Assembly (NCBI GenBank): GCA_963657575.1
Contig: CAVKNR010000001.1
Span: 1-55,271 of the forward strand
Length of the DNA stretch: 55,271 nt
Origin: Sodaliphilus sp.
Lineage (GTDB): Bacteria > Actinomycetota > Coriobacteriia > Coriobacteriales > Coriobacteriaceae
Direction of reading: 5' to 3'
Shown: positions 42,195 to 52,567 of the stretch, piece by piece
Layout of the letters: each line of letters begins with the position of its first letter
How positions within the stretch are numbered: position 1 is the first letter of the stretch
Position numbers and translations under genes: made by a program
The notes under the pieces: generated by a model
Told to the model about the DNA's origin: nothing
Database searches by the model: none
Seen by the model: only the letters and a program-made list of their open reading frames with translations

Positions 42195-43064
42195 ATGGCC
42201 CAGATTACCGCCGCTATGGTCAAGCAGCTCCGCGAGATGACCGACTCCCCGATGATGGAGTGCAAGAAGGCTCTCGTCGAGGCTGACGGCGACATGGACG
42301 CCGCTGTCGACGTTCTGCGTAAGAACGGCCTTGCCAAGGCTGCCAAGAAGGCTGGCCGTGAGACCAACGAGGGCGCTGTCGCCGCGTTCGTCTCCGAGGA
42401 TGGCAAGACCGGCGCTCTGCTCGAGCTCTCCTGCGAGACCGACTTCGTTGGCTCCAACGCCAAGTTCACCGGCTTTGCTTCCAAGGTCGCTGAGGTTGTC
42501 GCTACCACCGAGCCTGCCGACGTCGACGCTCTGCTCGAGAAGCCGATGGGCGAGGAGACCGTTTCCTCCGAGCTCACCGAGATGATTCACATCATGGGCG
42601 AGAACATGAAGATCTCCCGCTTCGCCGCCCGTAAGGCCGAGAACGGCGCTCTCGCTTCTTACATCCACATGGGTGGTAAGATCGGCGTCCTCGTCGAGTT
42701 TGCTTTCGAGGAGGCCGAGACCGCTCAGGCTGAGTCCTTCAAGACCTTCGCTCACGACGTTGCCCTTCAGGTTGCTGCCGTCGCCCCGATCTGCGCTACC
42801 CGCGATCAGGTTCCGGCCGAGACCGTCGAGCACGAGAAGCAGATCTACATGGCTCAGGCTGCCGAGTCCGGCAAGCCCGAGGCTATCCAGGAGAAGATGG
42901 CTGTCGGCCGTCTGGAGAAGTTCTACAAGCAGTCCGTGCTCACCGAGCAGGAGTTCATCAAGGACAGCTCCCTCACCATCAAGAAGTACGCTGAGCAGGT
43001 CTCCAAGGAGCTCGGCGACACCATTACCGTCGTTGCCTTTGACCGTCTGGTCCGTGGCGAGTAA
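42195..43064 (+). CDS. tsf: Elongation factor Ts
   Basis: VKQLREMT, MMECKKAL and ETDFV. ATG after GAAAGGA. Confidence 0.98.
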   Translation: MAQITAAMVKQLREMTDSPMMECKKALVEADGDMDAAVDVLRKNGLAKAAKKAGRETNEGAVAAFVSEDGKTGALLELSCETDFVGSNAKFTGFASKVAEVVATTEPADVDALLEKPMGEETVSSELTEMIHIMGENMKISRFAARKAENGALASYIHMGGKIGVLVEFAFEEAETAQAESFKTFAHDVALQVAAVAPICATRDQVPAETVEHEKQIYMAQAAESGKPEAIQEKMAVGRLEKFYKQSVLTEQEFIKDSSLTIKKYAEQVSKELGDTITVVAFDRLVRGE

Positions 43065-43087
43065 ATAAGCTCTTGTAGCTGGTAATG

Positions 43088-43122
43088 AGCAGGCTGTGGG
43101 TTTTACTCACAGCCTGCTTTTT
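43088..43122 (+). terminator. Intrinsic terminator after tsf
   Basis: AGCAGGCTGTGGGT/ACTCACAGCCTGCT followed by TTTT. Confidence 0.85.
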
Positions 43123-43143
43123 CATGGCTCTTCGTAGAGCCTT

Positions 43144-43152
43144 TGATAGAAT
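43144..43152 (+). promoter_or_regulatory. Extended -10 promoter of the pyrH operon
   Basis: TGaTAGAAT just downstream of the tsf terminator. Confidence 0.55.
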
Positions 43153-43182
43153 GTTGAGAGTTCAATCTAAAGGAGGATCGCT

Positions 43183-43905
43183 TTGTCCGACATCCGATAT
43201 AAACGCGTGCTTCTTAAGCTTTCCGGCGAAGCACTGATGGGCGACGGCCAATATGGCATCGACCCCAAGGTTACCGACCATCTTGCCAAGCAGGTCAAGG
43301 AGCTGCTCGCCGTTGGCCATGAGGTGGGCGTCGTTGTCGGCGGCGGCAATATTTTCCGCGGCATGGCCGGCGCTGCCGGTGGCATGGAGCGTGCTCAGGC
43401 CGACTACATGGGCATGCTGGCAACCGTTATGAACGCGCTCGCCCTGCAGGATGCCTTCGAGCATAACGATGTTCCCTGCCGCGTGATGAGCGCTATCCAG
43501 ATGAACGAGATCTGCGAGCCCTATATTCGCCGTCGCGCCATCAACCACCTTTCCAAGGGCAATGTCGTTATTTTTGCCGCCGGTTCGGGCAATCCGTACT
43601 TTACGACCGACACCGCCGCGGCTCTTCGTGCGTGCGAGATCGGCGCCGAGATTTTGATTAAAGCCACCAAGGTTGACGGCATCTACGACAAGGATCCCGT
43701 CAAGTGCGCCGATGCCGTCCGTTTTGACAAGATTACCTATCACGAGGTTCTCGTCCGCGGTCTGCAGGTTATGGATTCCACGGCTACGGCCCTGTGCCAG
43801 GATAACCGTATGCCGATTTTGGTCCTCAACATCGATGGCGAGGACACCGTCAAGCGCGCGCTTTCGGGTGAGCCCGTCGGCACGCTCGTCTATCAGGAGG
43901 ATTAA
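43183..43905 (+). CDS. pyrH: UMP kinase
   Basis: [25 protein letters not shown] and [14 protein letters not shown] after AAGGAGG. Confidence 0.98.
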   Translation: MSDIRYKRVLLKLSGEALMGDGQYGIDPKVTDHLAKQVKELLAVGHEVGVVVGGGNIFRGMAGAAGGMERAQADYMGMLATVMNALALQDAFEHNDVPCRVMSAIQMNEICEPYIRRRAINHLSKGNVVIFAAGSGNPYFTTDTAAALRACEIGAEILIKATKVDGIYDKDPVKCADAVRFDKITYHEVLVRGLQVMDSTATALCQDNRMPILVLNIDGEDTVKRALSGEPVGTLVYQED

Positions 43906-43907
43906 GC

Positions 43908-44444
43908 ATGGCAGAGAACATTACCGCCCACATGGACAAGTCGCTCGAGTCCCTCAAGCATAACTTCTCCAAGGTCCGTACCGGCCGAGCCAACGCTAAC
44001 ATTCTGTCCGACATCACCGTCGATTATTACGGTGTTCCTACGCCGGTCACGCAGGTTGCCGCCGTAAAGACCCCCGAGGCCCACATGCTGCTCATCGAGC
44101 CGTGGGACAAGGCACTCATCAATGCTATCGTCAAGGCCATCGGCGCTTCCGATCTGGGTATTACCCCCAACTCCGATGGCACCGTCGTTCGTCTGCCGTT
44201 CCCGGCTCCCACCGAGGAGCGCCGTCGCGAGCTCGTCAAGGAGTGCCGCGAGTACGCCGAGCAGGCCAAGGTGTCTATCCGTAACATCCGTCGCGACTTC
44301 AACAACAAGCTCGAGCGCGATGAGGAACTCACCGAGGACGATGTCCGTCGCGAGCAGGCCAAGGTCCAGAAGCACACCGATGAGTATGTCGCCAAGGTCG
44401 AGGAGCTTCTGAAGGAAAAAGAAGCCGAGGTCATGGAGATCTAA
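43908..44444 (+). CDS. frr: Ribosome recycling factor
   Basis: RTGRAN, VDYYG, PTEERRRELVK and IRNIRRD. Confidence 0.98.
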   Translation: MAENITAHMDKSLESLKHNFSKVRTGRANANILSDITVDYYGVPTPVTQVAAVKTPEAHMLLIEPWDKALINAIVKAIGASDLGITPNSDGTVVRLPFPAPTEERRRELVKECREYAEQAKVSIRNIRRDFNNKLERDEELTEDDVRREQAKVQKHTDEYVAKVEELLKEKEAEVMEI

Positions 44445-44445
44445 G

Positions 44446-45240
44446 GTGCAATACGACGAGCATAAACTGGTCGAGTACTTTGCCGACGCCCCTGCGGGCG
44501 TCGGTTTTTCCGACCTTGACCTCAATAACATTCCGCACCATATCTCGTGCATCATGGACGGCAACGGTCGTTGGGCCACGTCGCGCGGTCTTGCGCGCAC
44601 TGAGGGCCACAAGGCGGGTATCGTCTCCCTTCGCGAGATTATTACCGCCTGCGTGCGTCTGGGCGTCGACGTGCTTTCGGCCTATGCTTTTTCTACCGAA
44701 AACTGGAACCGCCCGCAGCACGAGGTCAACGTCTTGATGCACCTGTTTGCCAAGACGTTTATCGACGAGCTGCCGCTTCTGAAGCGCGAAAACGTGCGCG
44801 TTGTCTTTTTTGGTGACATTTCCGCGCTGCCCAAGAAAACCCGTGACGTTTTTGAACGCGGTCTTGCCGAGTGCGCCAATCACACCGGCATGACGTTGGC
44901 GCTTGCCGTCAACTACGGCGCGCGTGCCGAGATTACCCGCGCTGTCCGTCAGATCGCACTCGACGCTGCCGCCGGTAAGATCGATCCTGCAGCAATTGAT
45001 GACGACATGGTGGCTTCCCACCTCTATACCGCCGGCCTTCCCGATCCTGAGCTTGTGATTCGCACTTCCGGTGAGCTGCGCCTTTCGAATTATCTGCTGT
45101 GGCAGGTGGCTTATTCCGAATTCTACGTCACCGATACCTATTGGCCCGACTTTGATCGTTGGGGCCTTGTCGACGCCATTTTGGCCTATCAGGGCCGTGA
45201 CCGTAGGTTTGGTGGTCTGAGCAAGACCGAGGAGGCTTAA
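44446..45240 (+). CDS. uppS: Undecaprenyl diphosphate synthase (cis-prenyltransferase)
   Basis: IMDGNGRWA, YAFSTENWNRP, IRTSGELRLSNYLLWQ and RRFGG. Confidence 0.97.
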   Translation: MQYDEHKLVEYFADAPAGVGFSDLDLNNIPHHISCIMDGNGRWATSRGLARTEGHKAGIVSLREIITACVRLGVDVLSAYAFSTENWNRPQHEVNVLMHLFAKTFIDELPLLKRENVRVVFFGDISALPKKTRDVFERGLAECANHTGMTLALAVNYGARAEITRAVRQIALDAAAGKIDPAAIDDDMVASHLYTAGLPDPELVIRTSGELRLSNYLLWQVAYSEFYVTDTYWPDFDRWGLVDAILAYQGRDRRFGGLSKTEEA

Positions 45241-45242
45241 TC

Positions 45243-46142
45243 GTGTCCGATCGTCCCAAGGCAACTGCTCCCAAAACGCCTGCGCGCAAAGCTGCCACTG
45301 CTGGCGCGCCTGCAGCGAAGAGCGGCACCGGTTCGTGGCTGGCGGGCTTTATTACCCGTGCCGCCGCCGGTATCGTCTACGCCGTTGTCTTTATCCTGTG
45401 CCTGGTTTTGGGCATCGTGCCCACGGCCATCTTTGTTTCTGTCATGAGCGGTCTGTGCTGCTATGAGTTTTTCCGTATGACAAGGCTCGATGGCAAGATG
45501 GCTAACGAGCGCATGGGTATCGCTGCCGCCGTACTCTTTCCGCTGTCGGCGTTGGGCGATTCGATGTTGCTGAATGCCCTGCTTTTTGCCCTGATGCTCG
45601 CTGTGGGCATTTGGTATGTCTGGTCGCCGCGTACCCGCATCTCTGATGTGGCCGTGACGCTCATGGGTCCCATCTACACTGGCTTTATGCTGTCGGCTAT
45701 CGTGCTGCTGCGCGATGCCGTGCCCGGTTTTGCCGGCGCTCTGCTTTCGGTGGGCGTTTGCGCGTCCCTTTGGGTTTCCGATTCGTTTGCCTACATCGTG
45801 GGTAGCCGTATCGGCAAACACAAGATGGTTCCCAAGATCTCTCCCAAAAAGAGCTGGGAGGGGTTTGTTGGCGGCATCCTGGGCTCGGTTTTGATTTGGC
45901 TCATCCTGTGGGCGACGCACCTCTACAAGCTCAGTCTGCCCTATGCGCTGCTGTGCGGCGTGGTGGTGTCCATTTTGGGCGTTATCGGCGACCTTATCGA
46001 GTCGCGCATCAAGCGCGGTGTGGGCGTCAAGGATTCCGGTAACCTTATCCCGGGCCACGGCGGCATGCTCGATCGTAGCGATTCGCTTATCTTCGGCTGC
46101 ATTACCGCGCAGCTGCTTTTGATGATCGGAGGCGTGCTGTAA
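45243..46142 (+). CDS. cdsA: Phosphatidate cytidylyltransferase
   Basis: ISPKKSWEG, GDLIESRIKR and KDSGNLIPGHGGMLDR. Confidence 0.96.
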   Translation: MSDRPKATAPKTPARKAATAGAPAAKSGTGSWLAGFITRAAAGIVYAVVFILCLVLGIVPTAIFVSVMSGLCCYEFFRMTRLDGKMANERMGIAAAVLFPLSALGDSMLLNALLFALMLAVGIWYVWSPRTRISDVAVTLMGPIYTGFMLSAIVLLRDAVPGFAGALLSVGVCASLWVSDSFAYIVGSRIGKHKMVPKISPKKSWEGFVGGILGSVLIWLILWATHLYKLSLPYALLCGVVVSILGVIGDLIESRIKRGVGVKDSGNLIPGHGGMLDRSDSLIFGCITAQLLLMIGGVL

Positions 46143-47329
46143 TGTCATTCCAGACGACGTATGGCCCCGATGGACGTCTCCGTGTTGCCATCCTGGGTTG
46201 TACGGGCTCCATCGGCACCCAGGCGCTCGATGTGTGCCGTCAGCATGCCGATCGCCTGCAGGTGACGGCGCTGTCCGTTAACTCCAGTACCTCCGAGCTC
46301 GTTGCCGCTGCCCGCGAGTTCTCGGTTCCGGCGGTTGCCGTGGCCGATGTCGCTCATGGCGATGACGCCGTGCTGCAGGAGTTGCCGGATGGAACGAAGC
46401 TCGGCGTTGGCGCGCAAGCGGTTTGCGAGCTCGCGCGTCGCGACGATGTCGACTGCGTGCTCGTCGCTATTGTGGGCGCCGCCGGTCTCGAGGCGAGCCA
46501 TGCGGCCTTGACCTCGAATAAGCGTCTTGCCCTTGCCAACAAGGAGTCCCTCGTCGTCGGTGGCGACTTGCTTATGCCGTTGGCGCAACCGGGCCAGCTT
46601 ATTCCAGTCGACTCTGAGCACTCCGCCATCTACCAGTGCTATCTGGGGGAGAACCCACGCGAGGCTCATTGTATTTGGCTCACCTGCTCGGGCGGTCCGT
46701 TCTTTGGCCGCACGCGCGGCGAGCTCGACCGCGTGACGCGTGCCGATGCCCTCGCACATCCCACGTGGGCCATGGGTGCCAAGATCACCATCGACTCCGC
46801 CACCCTCATGAACAAGGGCCTGGAGCGCATTGAGGCTATGCATCTGTTTAACTGCGATCTCGATTTCATTAACGTGGTCGTGCAGCGTCAGTCCAAGATT
46901 CACTCTATGGTCGAGTTCGCCGACGGCTCTGTGATGGCGCATCTCGGTGCTTCCGACATGCGTATTCCCATCCAGTTCGCGTTCTCGTATCCCGAGCGTT
47001 GGGATACCCCGGCGCCTCGTATCGATTTTCGCGAGCTGGGACAGCTCACGTTTGATACTGCCGACATGGATACCTTCCGCTGTCTGGCACTGGCCGAGCG
47101 TGCCGGTAAGACGGGTGGCACCATGCCGTGCGTGCTCAATGCCGCCAACGAGGTCGCCGTCGATGCCTTCCTGCACGATGGCTGCAGCTTTACCGATATC
47201 GATCGCATTGTGGAATCCTGCATGGATGCCCACGATATACAGGCGGTCGATTCGTTTGAGCAGCTTCGCGACATTGACGCGTGGGCGCGTGAAAAAGCTG
47301 CGCAGGTGCTCGCCGCAACCCGTTCCTAA
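46142..47329 (+). CDS. dxr: 1-deoxy-D-xylulose-5-phosphate reductoisomerase
   Basis: LGCTGSIG, LANKESLV, PVDSEHSA, HPTWAMGAKITIDSAT and NAANE. Confidence 0.97.
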   Translation: MSFQTTYGPDGRLRVAILGCTGSIGTQALDVCRQHADRLQVTALSVNSSTSELVAAAREFSVPAVAVADVAHGDDAVLQELPDGTKLGVGAQAVCELARRDDVDCVLVAIVGAAGLEASHAALTSNKRLALANKESLVVGGDLLMPLAQPGQLIPVDSEHSAIYQCYLGENPREAHCIWLTCSGGPFFGRTRGELDRVTRADALAHPTWAMGAKITIDSATLMNKGLERIEAMHLFNCDLDFINVVVQRQSKIHSMVEFADGSVMAHLGASDMRIPIQFAFSYPERWDTPAPRIDFRELGQLTFDTADMDTFRCLALAERAGKTGGTMPCVLNAANEVAVDAFLHDGCSFTDIDRIVESCMDAHDIQAVDSFEQLRDIDAWAREKAAQVLAATRS

Positions 47330-47354
47330 CCCATAAGGATTGCTTTTTCGTTTT

Positions 47355-48716
47355 ATGGATACTGTTCTGAGCGTTCTTTCATCGGTCTTTTGGGGCCTGC
47401 TGATGCTTTCCGTCCTCGTGTTTTTGCACGAGGGCGGCCACTTTTTGGCGGCGCGTGCCTGCGGCGTCCGTGTGACCGAGTTCTTTTTGGGCCTGCCGTG
47501 CCGCTTTGACATCCATTACACGTCGCGTCGCATTGGAACCAAGTTTGGCGTGACCCCGCTGCTGTTGGGTGGCTACGCTGCCATCTGCGGTATGGACCCG
47601 ACCGATGTCTCGTGCGCCGATCGCGTGCTCGCGGCTATCTACCGTCATGGTCACGTGACCGTGGCCGACCTTGCTGTCGAGCTCGAGCTTTCCGAGGAGG
47701 ATGTGCTCGAGGCTTGTGCTCTGTTGCTGGGCTGGGGCTCCATCGCACCTTGGTATGAGGAAGGGGAGAAGCCCTCACCGAGCTACTATCCCACCAAGTA
47801 TCAGACGCTGCCGCGAGACGCGGCGGGCTACACTACCTTTGACGGCCGCCGTTTCGATCGCGAACATTCAACTGCCGAGGGCGATGTGTGGGAGCTGCCG
47901 TGCGGCGAGGCCGAGTTCCTTGCACAAGAGCGTTCGCACACCTATCTTGGCCAGGGCTTTCTCAAGCGCGCCTTTATGCTGCTCGCGGGCATTCTCGTCA
48001 ATATCCTGACGGGCTTTTTGCTGCTTATGAGCATCTACTCTATTGCGGGTGTCACCGTGCCGATGGATACCAACGTGATCGGTCAGGTTGACGAGGGGTC
48101 TATTGCCGCCAAGGCGGGTATCGAGGGCGGCGACGCGATCCTTTCGGTTGACGGTGTCTCATGTTCCACTTGGATGGACGTCTACGATGCTATCGGCAAG
48201 GCCGCCGGTAAGGATGATATCGCCATTGAGTATGAGCGCGACGGCAAGCAGCATTCGACCTCGGTTGCGCTCAAAAAGGACGAGCGCCTAGGTGTGTATG
48301 CCTCTACGCAGGTGGTCCGTTTAGACCCCATCACGTCGGCTCGCCTGTCGTTCTCCTATGTCGCGCAGACGGCGGAGGGCGTGATGCGCCTGCTCCAGCC
48401 GCAGCATACGATGGAGATTCTCGATCAGTCTTCTTCGATCGTGGGTATTAGTGTTATGTCCTCACAGGCTGCTGCTGCCGGCCCTGCCACGTTCCTTTCG
48501 TTTGCCGCCCTCATTTCGTTCTCGCTTGGCTTTATGAACCTGCTGCCCATCCCACCACTCGATGGCGGCAAGCTGGTCATCGAGATCATTCAAAAGATTG
48601 TGGGCCGCGAGCTTCCGCTCAAGGTCCAGACGATTGTGAGCTATGTGGGCATCGCGCTCTTTGCGCTTCTGTTTGTCTATATGCTTCGTTCCGACATCCT
48701 TCGATTTATTCTGTAG
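47355..48716 (+). CDS. rseP: Site-2 intramembrane metalloprotease RseP (M50) with one PDZ domain and an unusual insertion
   Basis: HEGGH, LGGY, a PDZ domain (AAKAGIEGGDAILSVDG) and NLLPIPPLDGG; dxr-rseP-ispG synteny. Start is 47340 or 47355. Confidence 0.92.
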   Translation: MDTVLSVLSSVFWGLLMLSVLVFLHEGGHFLAARACGVRVTEFFLGLPCRFDIHYTSRRIGTKFGVTPLLLGGYAAICGMDPTDVSCADRVLAAIYRHGHVTVADLAVELELSEEDVLEACALLLGWGSIAPWYEEGEKPSPSYYPTKYQTLPRDAAGYTTFDGRRFDREHSTAEGDVWELPCGEAEFLAQERSHTYLGQGFLKRAFMLLAGILVNILTGFLLLMSIYSIAGVTVPMDTNVIGQVDEGSIAAKAGIEGGDAILSVDGVSCSTWMDVYDAIGKAAGKDDIAIEYERDGKQHSTSVALKKDERLGVYASTQVVRLDPITSARLSFSYVAQTAEGVMRLLQPQHTMEILDQSSSIVGISVMSSQAAAAGPATFLSFAALISFSLGFMNLLPIPPLDGGKLVIEIIQKIVGRELPLKVQTIVSYVGIALFALLFVYMLRSDILRFIL

Positions 48717-48729
48717 GGGAGTGTTTGGA

Positions 48730-49812
48730 TTGTCTTTATCCCATTCTTTGCCGCGCGAGCTGACGCGCCCCGTGCATGTGGGCGGCGTGCAGATCGGCGG
48801 CGGCGCGCCGGTTGTGGTTCAGTCCATGACCTGCACTGATACCGCTGATGCCCAGGCAACGCTTGGGCAGGTTCGCGCGTTGGCGCAGGCGGGCTGCGAT
48901 ATCGTGCGCGTGAGTGTACCCACCGAGGCCGCGCTCGAGGGCTTTCGTACCATCTGTGCTGAGTCCCCGGTGCCGATCGTCGCCGATATTCACTTTAACC
49001 ATAAGCTCGCCATTGGTGCCGTTGAGGCCGGTGCTGCCAAGCTGCGCATCAATCCCGGCAATATTGGCGATTGGGCCAAGGTTGACGCGGTGATCGATGC
49101 TGCTGGTGCCGCGGGCTGTGCGATTCGTATCGGCGTCAATGCCGGTTCACTCGAGCAGGATATCGCCGAGCGCGAATACCTCACGCAGCCCGAAAAGCTC
49201 GTGATGTCGAGCGAGCGCTTCGTCAAGCACTTTGAGGACCGCGGCTTTACGAACATTGTGCTTTCGGCCAAGGCCCATAGCGTGCAAACGACGCTCGATA
49301 CCTATCGAGCCCTGTCGCGTGAGATTCCCCACGTTCCGCTTCACCTGGGCGTAACCGAGGCGGGTACCAAGCTTCAGGGCACCATTAAGAGCTCGGTGGG
49401 CCTTGGTATTCTGCTGTCTGAGGGTATCGGTGACACCATGCGCGTCTCGCTCACGGCCGATCCGGTCGAGGAGCCGCCGGTCGCCTGGGGTATCCTGCAG
49501 TCCCTTGGCCTGCGCCGCCGTGGTCCCGAGATCGTCTCGTGTCCCACGTGCGCTCGTTGCCAGGTCAACCTCATTCCCATCGCCGAGGAGGTTACCGAGC
49601 GGCTTAAGAACTACTCCGTGCCGCTTTCCATCGCCGTGATGGGATGTGCCGTTAATGGCCCCGGCGAGGCTTCCGACGCCGACCTAGGCGTGGCCTGTGG
49701 ACGAGGTCAGGGCCTGCTCTTTTCGCATGGCCAGATCATTGGTAAAGTAGCTGAGGACCAAATTGTCGACGCGCTTATGGCCGAGGTCGACAAGCTTATT
49801 GAGGAGAAATAA
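48730..49812 (+). CDS. ispG: HMBPP synthase IspG
   Basis: VVQSMT, ADIHF, RINPGNIG, HLGVTEAG, SCPTCAR and MGCAVNGPGE. TTG after GGGGAG. Confidence 0.97.
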   Translation: MSLSHSLPRELTRPVHVGGVQIGGGAPVVVQSMTCTDTADAQATLGQVRALAQAGCDIVRVSVPTEAALEGFRTICAESPVPIVADIHFNHKLAIGAVEAGAAKLRINPGNIGDWAKVDAVIDAAGAAGCAIRIGVNAGSLEQDIAEREYLTQPEKLVMSSERFVKHFEDRGFTNIVLSAKAHSVQTTLDTYRALSREIPHVPLHLGVTEAGTKLQGTIKSSVGLGILLSEGIGDTMRVSLTADPVEEPPVAWGILQSLGLRRRGPEIVSCPTCARCQVNLIPIAEEVTERLKNYSVPLSIAVMGCAVNGPGEASDADLGVACGRGQGLLFSHGQIIGKVAEDQIVDALMAEVDKLIEEK

Positions 49813-51534
<1,722 letters not shown>

Positions 51535-51564
51535 TCTACGATTTCGCTTGTAGTTCGATATACG

Positions 51565-51613
51565 GGACGGCCCCGCATTTCTCCAGATCGGGGAGATGCG
51601 GGGCCGTTCTTTT
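51565..51613 (+). terminator. Intrinsic terminator after proS
   Basis: GACGGCCCCGCATTTCTC/GGGAGATGCGGGGCCGTT followed by CTTTT. Confidence 0.85.
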
Positions 51614-51636
51614 ATCTTGTAGCATCCTCGATATCT

Positions 51637-51681
51637 AAAAGGAAAACCCCACAGCCCATATGAGCTGCGGGGTTTTCCTTT
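51637..51681 (-). terminator. Intrinsic terminator of the adhE-kinase unit
   Basis: AAAGGAAAACCCCACAGC/GCTGCGGGGTTTTCCTTT inverted repeat; possibly bidirectional. Confidence 0.8.
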
Positions 51682-51713
51682 GGGCCTCCGATGCGAAATA
51701 AATCGCTCAGATA

Positions 51714-52478
51714 TTACTGATAATCGACGACGTCGATCCAGTTCTTCAGGAACTCATCGTTCACGTTGCGCTTACGAGCGAGCTCGGAAGCGGCGACGAT
51801 GCTCGTCCACTGACGCACGACCTGCATGGGCATGTCGGCGCGGTCGCAGTAGAGCTCCAGGTAGGCCTCGGCCTGATCCTTGCTGTTGAGGGCAAAGAGC
51901 AGGTAGGTGGTGGCAACGTCGGCAGCAGGGGAGCCCTGGGTGGCGTGTGCCCAGTCGCACACGTAGAGCTGGCCGTCGTCGCCGACAATGACGTTGGAGG
52001 GGTTGAAGTCGCCGTGGCAGACCTTGAACTCCTTGGTCATGCCGTCCAGACGCTCCTGAAGGTTGTAGCGCGTGGTGGCATTGAGCTGATCAAGGCTGTC
52101 GATCATGCGGGCGAACTTGTCGCGCTGACGGTTGAGCAGCGGGGAGGTGTAGCCGTGGATCTCGATCTGGAGGTCGACGAACATCTCGAGGTACTCACCA
52201 AAGCGCTGGGGCTCGGCAGTCATCTTCTCGGCAAGGGTGGTGCCCGGAACCTTCTCGGTCACGAGCGCCCAGCCGTTGGCGTTCTCGAGCTGGGAAACCT
52301 CGAGAGCCTTGGGGCTGCGGATGCCGCACTCATTGATGCGGGCAAGATTCAAAGCCTCGTTGAACACGTCGGAGACAGGCTTGGTCTCGTTAAAGACCTT
52401 GACGATCTTGTCGCCCAGGTCGTAAACGACCTTGTTGCCACGGCGGACGAGCTCGGTCTTGGAATCGGGTAGCAGCAT
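51714..52478 (-). CDS. APH/choline-kinase-like phosphotransferase
   Basis: IVKVF (ATP-binding Lys), Brenner motif CHGDFNPSN and CDW; SD GAAAGGA. Confidence 0.88.
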   Translation of the reverse strand: MLLPDSKTELVRRGNKVVYDLGDKIVKVFNETKPVSDVFNEALNLARINECGIRSPKALEVSQLENANGWALVTEKVPGTTLAEKMTAEPQRFGEYLEMFVDLQIEIHGYTSPLLNRQRDKFARMIDSLDQLNATTRYNLQERLDGMTKEFKVCHGDFNPSNVIVGDDGQLYVCDWAHATQGSPAADVATTYLLFALNSKDQAEAYLELYCDRADMPMQVVRQWTSIVAASELARKRNVNDEFLKNWIDVVDYQ

Positions 52479-52567
52479 GGTTGCATCCTTTCAACGATGC
52501 GATAGAAGCGACGGCGGGGGTGTGTGAAACACCCGTGCACCCCCGCCGCAAAAAACCGTGCTAAAAA

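Noticed and set aside
51714..52478. Acquired aminoglycoside-resistance gene
   Set aside because: Only the general kinase fold is shared. Codon style is host-like and there is no mobile context.
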